From the NCBI GenBank assembly GCA_051313645.2, contig JBNRSN020000031.1, positions 4,030,001 through 4,094,000 of the forward strand: a stretch of DNA of 64,000 nucleotides, written 5' to 3'. Shown piece after piece: positions 57,340 to 64,000 of this stretch (the stretch's first letter is position 1; each line of letters starts with the position of its first letter). Made by a program: the position numbers and the translations under genes. The notes beneath the pieces were generated by a model, which was not told where the DNA came from, made no database searches, and saw only the letters and a program-made list of their open reading frames with translations. Source of the DNA: Centroscyllium fabricii. Taxonomy: Eukaryota.

Positions 57340-60300
57340 GAGTTATCATTGCGCACAGGCATCTGTAAGGACTACCTATTATATTCACGTAATCACATGC
57401 TGAGTTATCATTGGCCGCAGTCATCTGTAAGGCCTACACATTATATTCACGTTATCACATGCTGAGTTATCATTGGCCCACAGGCATCTGTAAGGACTAC
57501 TATTGTATTCACGTAATCAAATGCTGAGTTATCATTGGCCCACAGGCATCTGTAATGACTACCTATTATATTTACGTAATCACATGCTGAGTTATCATTG
57601 GCCCGCATGCATCTGTAAGGACTACCTATTATATTCACGTAATCACATGCTGAGTTATCAATGGCCCACAGGCATCTGTAAGGACTACCCATTATATTCA
57701 CGTAAACACATGCTGAGTTATCATTGGCCCACAGGCATCTGTAAGGACTACTATTCTATTCACGTAATCAAATGCTGAGTTATTATTGGCCTGCAGGCAT
57801 CTGTAAGGACTACTATTGTATTCACGTAATCAAATGCTGAGTTATCATTGGCACACAGGCATCTGTAAGGACTACTTTTGTATTCACGTAATCACATGCT
57901 GAGTTATCATTGGCCCGCAGGCATCTGTAAGGACTACCTATTATATTCACGTAATCACACGCTGAGTTATCATTTGCCCACAGGTATCTGTAAGGACTAC
58001 TATTATATTCACGTAATCACATGCTGAGTTATCATTGGCCCACTGGCATCTGTAAGGACTACTATTGTATTCACGTAATCAAATGCTGAGTTATCATTGG
58101 CCCACAGGCATCTGTAAGGACTACTATTTTATTCACGTAATCACATGCTGAGTTATCATTGCCCCGCAGGCATCTGTAAGGACTACCTATTAAATTCACG
58201 TAATCACATGCTGAGTTATCATTGGCCCACAGGCATCTGTATGGACTACCTATTATATACACGTAATCACATGCTGAGTTATCATTGCGCACAGGCATCT
58301 GTAAGGACTACCTATTATATTCACATAATCACATGCTGAGTTATCATTGGCCGCAGGCATCTGTAAGGACTACCCATTATATTCACGTTATCACATGCTG
58401 AATTATCATTGGCACACAGGCATCTGTAAGGACTACTATTGTATTCACGTAATCAAATGCTGAGTTATCATTGGCCCACAGGCATCTGTAATGACTACCT
58501 ATTATATTTAGGTAATCACATGCTGAGTTATCATTGGCCCGCATGCATCTGTAAGGACTACCTATTATATTCACGTAATCACATGCTGAGTTATCATTGG
58601 CCCCCAGGCATCTGTAAGGACTACCCATTATATTAACGTAAACACATGCTGAGTTATCATTGGCCCACAGGCATCTGTAAGGACTACTATTGTATTCATG
58701 TAATCAAATGCTGAGTTATTATTGGCCTGCAGGCATCAGTAAGGACTACTATTGTATTCACGTAATCAAATGCTGAGTTATCATTGGCACACAGGCATCT
58801 GTAAGGACTACATTTGTATTCACGTAATCACATGCTGAGTTATCATTGGCCCGCAGGCATCTGTAAGGACTACCTATTATATTCACGTAATCACACGCTG
58901 AGTTATCATTTGCCCACAGGTATCTGTAAGGACTACTATTATATTCACGTAATCACATGCTGAGTTATCATTGGACCACTGGCATCTGTAAGGTCTACTA
59001 TTGTATTCACGTAATCAAATGCTGAGTTATCATTGGCCCACAGGCATCTGTAAGGACTACTATTGTATTCACGTAATCACATGCTGAGTTATCATTGCCC
59101 CGCAGGCATCTGTAAGGACTACCTATTATATTCACGTAATCACATGCTGAGTTATCATTGGCCCACAAGCATCTGTAAGGACTACCTGTTATATTCATGT
59201 AATCACATGCTGAGTTATAATTGGCCCACAGGCATTTGCAAGGACTACCTATTATACTCACGTAATCACTTGCTGAGTTATCATTGGCCCACAGGCATCT
59301 GTAAGGACTACCTATTATATTCAGGTAATCACCTGCTGAATTATCATTGGCCCAAAGGCATCTGTAAGGACTACCTATTATATTCACGTAATCACATGCT
59401 GAGTTATCAATTTCCCGCAGGCATTTGTAAGGACTACCAATTATATTCACGTAAACACATGCTGAGTTATCATTGGCCCACAGGCATCTGTAAGGACTAC
59501 TATTGTATTCACGTAATCAAATGCTGAGTTATTATTGGCCTGCAGGCATCTGTAAGGACTACTATTGTATTCACGTAATCAAATGCTGAGTTATCATTGG
59601 CACACAGGCATCTGTAAGGACTACTTTTGTATTCACGTAATCACATGCTGAGTTATCATTGGCCCGCAGGCATCTGTAAGGACTACCTATTATATTCACG
59701 TAATCACACGCTGAGTTATCATTTGCCCACAGGTATCTGTAAGGACTACTATTATATTCACGTAATCACATGCTGAGTTATCATTGGCCCACTGGCATCT
59801 GTAAGGACTACTATTGTATTCACGTAATCAAATGCTGAGTTATCATTGGCCCACAGGCATCTGTAAGGACTACTATTTTATACACGTAATCACATGCTGA
59901 GTTATCATTGCCCCGCAGGCATCTGTAAGGACTACCTATTAAATTCACGTAATCACATGCTGAGTTATCATTGGCCCACAGGCATCTGTAAGGACTACCT
60001 ATTATATACACGTAATCACATGCTGAGTTATCATTGCGCACAGGCATCTGTAAGGACTACCTATTATATTCACATAATCACATGCTGAGTTATCATTGGC
60101 CGCAGGCATCTGTAAGGACTACCCATTATATTCACGTTATCACATGCTGAATTATCATTGGCACACAGGCATCTGTAAGGACTACTATTGTATTCACGTA
60201 ATCAAATGCTGAGTTATCATTGGCCCACAGGCATCTGTATTGACTACCTATTATATTTAGGTAATCACATGCTGAGTTATCATTGGCCCGCATGCATCTG

Positions 60301-61900
60301 TAAGGACTACCTATTATATTCACGTAATCACATGCTGAGTTATCATTGGCCCCCAGGCATCTGTAAGGACTACCCATTATATTAACGTAAACACATGCTG
60401 AGTTATCATTGGCCCACAGGCATCTGTAAGGACTACTAATGTATTCACGTAATCAAATGCTGAGTTATTATTGGCCTGCAGGCATCTGTAAGGACAACTA
60501 TTGTATTCACGTAATCAAATGCTGAGTTATCATTGGCACACAGGCATCTGTAAGGACTACTTTTGTATTCAGGTAATCACATGCTGAGTTATCATTGGCC
60601 CGCAGGCATCTGTAAGGACTACCTATTATATTCACGTAATCACACGCTGAGTTATCATTTGCCCACAGGTATCTGTAAGGACTACTATTATATTCACGTA
60701 ATCACATGCTGAGTTATCATTGGCCCACTGGCATCTGTAAGGACTACTATTGTATTCACGTAATCAAATGCTGAGTTATCATTGGCCCACAGGCATCTGT
60801 AAGGACTACGATTTTATTCACGTAATCACATGCTGAGTTATCATTGCCCCGCAGGCATCTGTAAGGACGACCTATTAAATTCACGTAATCACATGCTGAG
60901 TTATCATTGGCCCACAGGCATCTGTAAGGACTACCTATTATATTCACGTAATCACATGCTGAGTTATCATTGCGCACAGGCATCTGTAAGGACTACCTAT
61001 TATATTCACATAATCACATGCTGAGTTATCATTGGCCGCAGGCATCTGTAAGGATTACCCATTATATTCACGTTATCACATGCTGAATTATCATTGGCAC
61101 ACAGGCATCTGTAAGGACTACTATTGTATTCACGTAATCAAATGCTGAGTTATCATTGGCCCACAGGCATCTGTAATGACTACCTATTATATTTAGGTAA
61201 TCACATGCTGAGTTATCATTGGCCCGCATGCATCTGTAAGGACTACCTATTATATTCACGTAATCACATGCTGAGTTATCATTGGCCCCCAGGCATCTGT
61301 AAGGACTACCCATTATATTCACGTAAACACATGCTGAGTTATCATTGGCCCACAGGCATCTGTAAGGACTACTATTGTATTCACGTAATCAAATGCTGAG
61401 TTATTATTGGCCTGCAGGCATCAGTAAGGACTACTATTGTATTCACGTAATCAAATGCTGAGTTATCATTGGCCCCCAGGCATCTGTAAGGACTACCCAT
61501 TATATTCACGTAAACACATGCTGAGTTATCATTGGCCCACAGGCATCTGTAAGGACTACTATTGTATTCACGTAATCAAATGCTGAGTTATTATTGGCCT
61601 GCAGGCATCTGTAAGGACTACTATTGTATTCACGTAATCAAATGCTGAGTTATCATTGGCACACAGGCATCTGTAAGGACTACTTTTGTATTCACGTAAT
61701 CACATGCTGAGTTATCATTGGCCCGCAGCCATCTGTAAGGACTACCTATTATATTCACGTAATCACACGCTGAGTTATCATTTGCCCACAGGTATCTGTA
61801 AGGACTACTATTATATTCACGTAATCACATGCTGAGTTATCATTGGCCCACTGGCATCTGTAAGGACTACTATTGTATTCACGTAATCAAATGCTGAGTT
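57340..61900. repeat. 936-bp (15-monomer) higher-order repeat, about 4-5 copies with irregular units
   Basis: Marker tgcgcacagg at 57350, 58286, 60035 and 60971 (offsets 936, 1749, 936). 936 = 15x63 - 9. Confidence 0.85.
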
Positions 61901-64000
61901 ATCATTGGCCCACAGGCATCTGTAAGGACTACTATTGTATTCACGTAATCACATGCTGAGTTATCATTGGCCCGCAGCCATCTGGAAGGACTACCTATTG
62001 TATTCACGTAATCAGATGCTGAGTTATCATTGGCCCACAGGCATCTGGAAGGACTACCTATTATATTCACGTAATCACATGCTGAATTATCATTTGACCA
62101 AAGGCATCTGTAAGGACTAACTATTATATTCACGTAATCACATGTTGAGTTAACATTGGCCCACAGGCATCTGTAAGGACTACCTATTATATTCAGGTAA
62201 TCACATGCTGAATTATCATTGCCCACAGGCATCTATAAGGACTACCTATTATATTCACGTAATCACATGCTGAGTTATCATTGGCCCACTGGCATCTGTA
62301 AGGACTACTATTGTATTTATTTAACCACATGCTGAGTTATCATTGGCCGCAGCCATCTGTAAGGACTACCTATTATATTCACGTAATCACATGCTGAGTT
62401 ATCATTGGCCCACAGGCATCTGTATGGTCTACCTATTATATTCACGTAATCACATGCTGAGTTATCATCGGCCCACAGGCATCTGTAAGGACTACCAATT
62501 ATATTCACGTGATCACATGCTGAGTTATCATTGGCCCACAGGCATCTGGAAGGACTACCTATTATATTCACGTAATCACATGCTGAATTATCATTGGACC
62601 AAAGGCATCTGTAAGGACTACTATTGTATTCACGTAATTATTTGCTGAGATATCATTGGCCCACAGGCATCTGTAAGGACTGCCTATTATATTTACGTAA
62701 TCACATGCTGATTTATCATTGGCCCACAGGTATCTGGAAGGACTACATATTATATTCACGTAATCACATGTTGAATTATCATTGGACAAAAAGCATCTGT
62801 AAGGACTAAATATTATATTCACGTAATCACATGCTGAGTTATCATCGGCCCACAGGCATCTGTAAGGATTACCTTTTATATTCACGTAATCACATGCTGA
62901 GTTATCATTGGCCCACAGGCATCTGGAAGGACTACCTTTTAAATTAACGTAATCACATGCTGAATTATCATTGGACCAAAGGCATCTGTAAGGACTACTA
63001 TTGTATTCACGTAATCATATGCTGAGTTATCATTGGCCCATAGGCATCTGTAAGGACTACCTATTATATTTACGTAATCACATGCTGAGTTATCATTGGC
63101 CCACAGGCATCTGGAAGGACTACCTATTAAATTCACGTAATCACATGCTGAGTTATCGTTGGCCCACAGGGATCTGGAAGGACTACCTATTATATTCACG
63201 TAATCACATGCTGAATTATCATTGGACCAAAGGCATCTGTTAGGACTACCTATTATATTCACGTAATCACATGTTGAGTTATCATTGGCCCACAGGCATC
63301 TGTAAGGACTACCTATTATATTCAGGTAATCACATGCTGAATTATCATTGCCCACAAGCATCTATAAGGACTACCTATTATATTCACGTAATCACATGCT
63401 GAGTTATCATTGGCCCACTGGCATCTGTAAGGACTACTATTGTATTTACTTAACCTCATGCTGAGTTATCATTGGCCGCAGGCATCTGTAAGGACTACCT
63501 ATTATATTCACGTAATCACATGCTGAGATATCATTGGCCCACAGGCATCTGTATGGTCTACCTATTATATTCACGTAATCACATGCTGAGTTATCATCGG
63601 CCCACAGGCATCTGTTAGGACTACCAATTATTTTCACGTGATCACATGCTGAGTTATCATTGGCCCACAGGCTTCTGGAAGGACTACCTATTATATTCAC
63701 GTAATCACATGCTGAATTATCATTGGACCAAAGGCATCTGTAAGGACTACTATTGTATTCACGTAATCATTTGTTGAGATATCATTGGCTCACAGGCATC
63801 TGTAAGGACTACCTATTATATTTACGTAATCACATGCTGAGTTATCATTGGCCCACAAGAATCTGGAAGGACTACCTATTATATTCACGTAATCACATGT
63901 TGAATTATCATTGGACAAATGTCATCTGTAAGGACTAAATATTATATTCACGTAATCACATGCTGAGTTATCAATGTCCCACAGGCATCTGTAAGGACTA

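Larger units (their letters stand above)
6854..64000. repeat. 63-bp satellite DNA array, about 900 head-to-tail monomers, running off the window end
   Basis: Consensus GAGTTATCATTGGCCCACAGGCATCTGTAAGGACTACCTATTATATTCACGTAATCACATGCT. Typically 0-4 substitutions per unit; frequent 62-bp variants (tactatt, ggccac, tgccc); one orientation throughout. Confidence 0.99.

Noticed and set aside
6854-64000. CRISPR array
   Set aside because: The whole 63-bp unit repeats with no unique spacers; there are no cas genes and the context is vertebrate.
8052-64000. Hundreds of ORFs encoding MLSYHWPTGICKDYLLYSRNH or ANDNSACDYVNIIGSPYRCLW repeats as real genes
   Set aside because: They follow from a 63-bp (21-codon) unit lacking stops in two frames. 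They are repeatedly broken by 1-bp deletions and nonsense variants, occur on both strands, and show no exon structure.

Overview
Eukaryotic, gene-free repeat region, most likely from a shark or ray, judged from the HE1-like V-SINEs with CR1-type tails. From left to right: (1) a 5'-truncated, decayed Rex1/Babar-type LINE with a (TTGAA)n tail (~100-910); (2) a complete but inactivated Ty3/Gypsy LTR retrotransposon (1382-6322) with 282-bp LTRs differing at 6 positions, and a gag-PR-RT-RNaseH-IN frame broken by 2 stops and 2 frameshifts; (3) from 6854 to the window end, a ~57-kb tandem array of a 63-bp satellite (about 900 monomers) with a patchwork of higher-order repeats (315, 499, 936, 1506, 1887, 2635, 4009 and ~4630-4820 bp) and two inverted SINE insertions near its left edge. 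The best candidate for unusual biology is the LTR element. It has no tRNA-type primer-binding site; instead the 14 nt after the 5' LTR are the perfect reverse complement of an LTR segment containing the AATAAA signal (possible self-priming and/or poly(A) occlusion). It also has a YLDN RT motif and a 45-bp coding repeat carrying five perfect YY1 motifs. The hundreds of ORFs in the satellite arise because the monomer length is a multiple of 3 and are not considered genes. All coordinates and counts were read by eye, without alignment tools.
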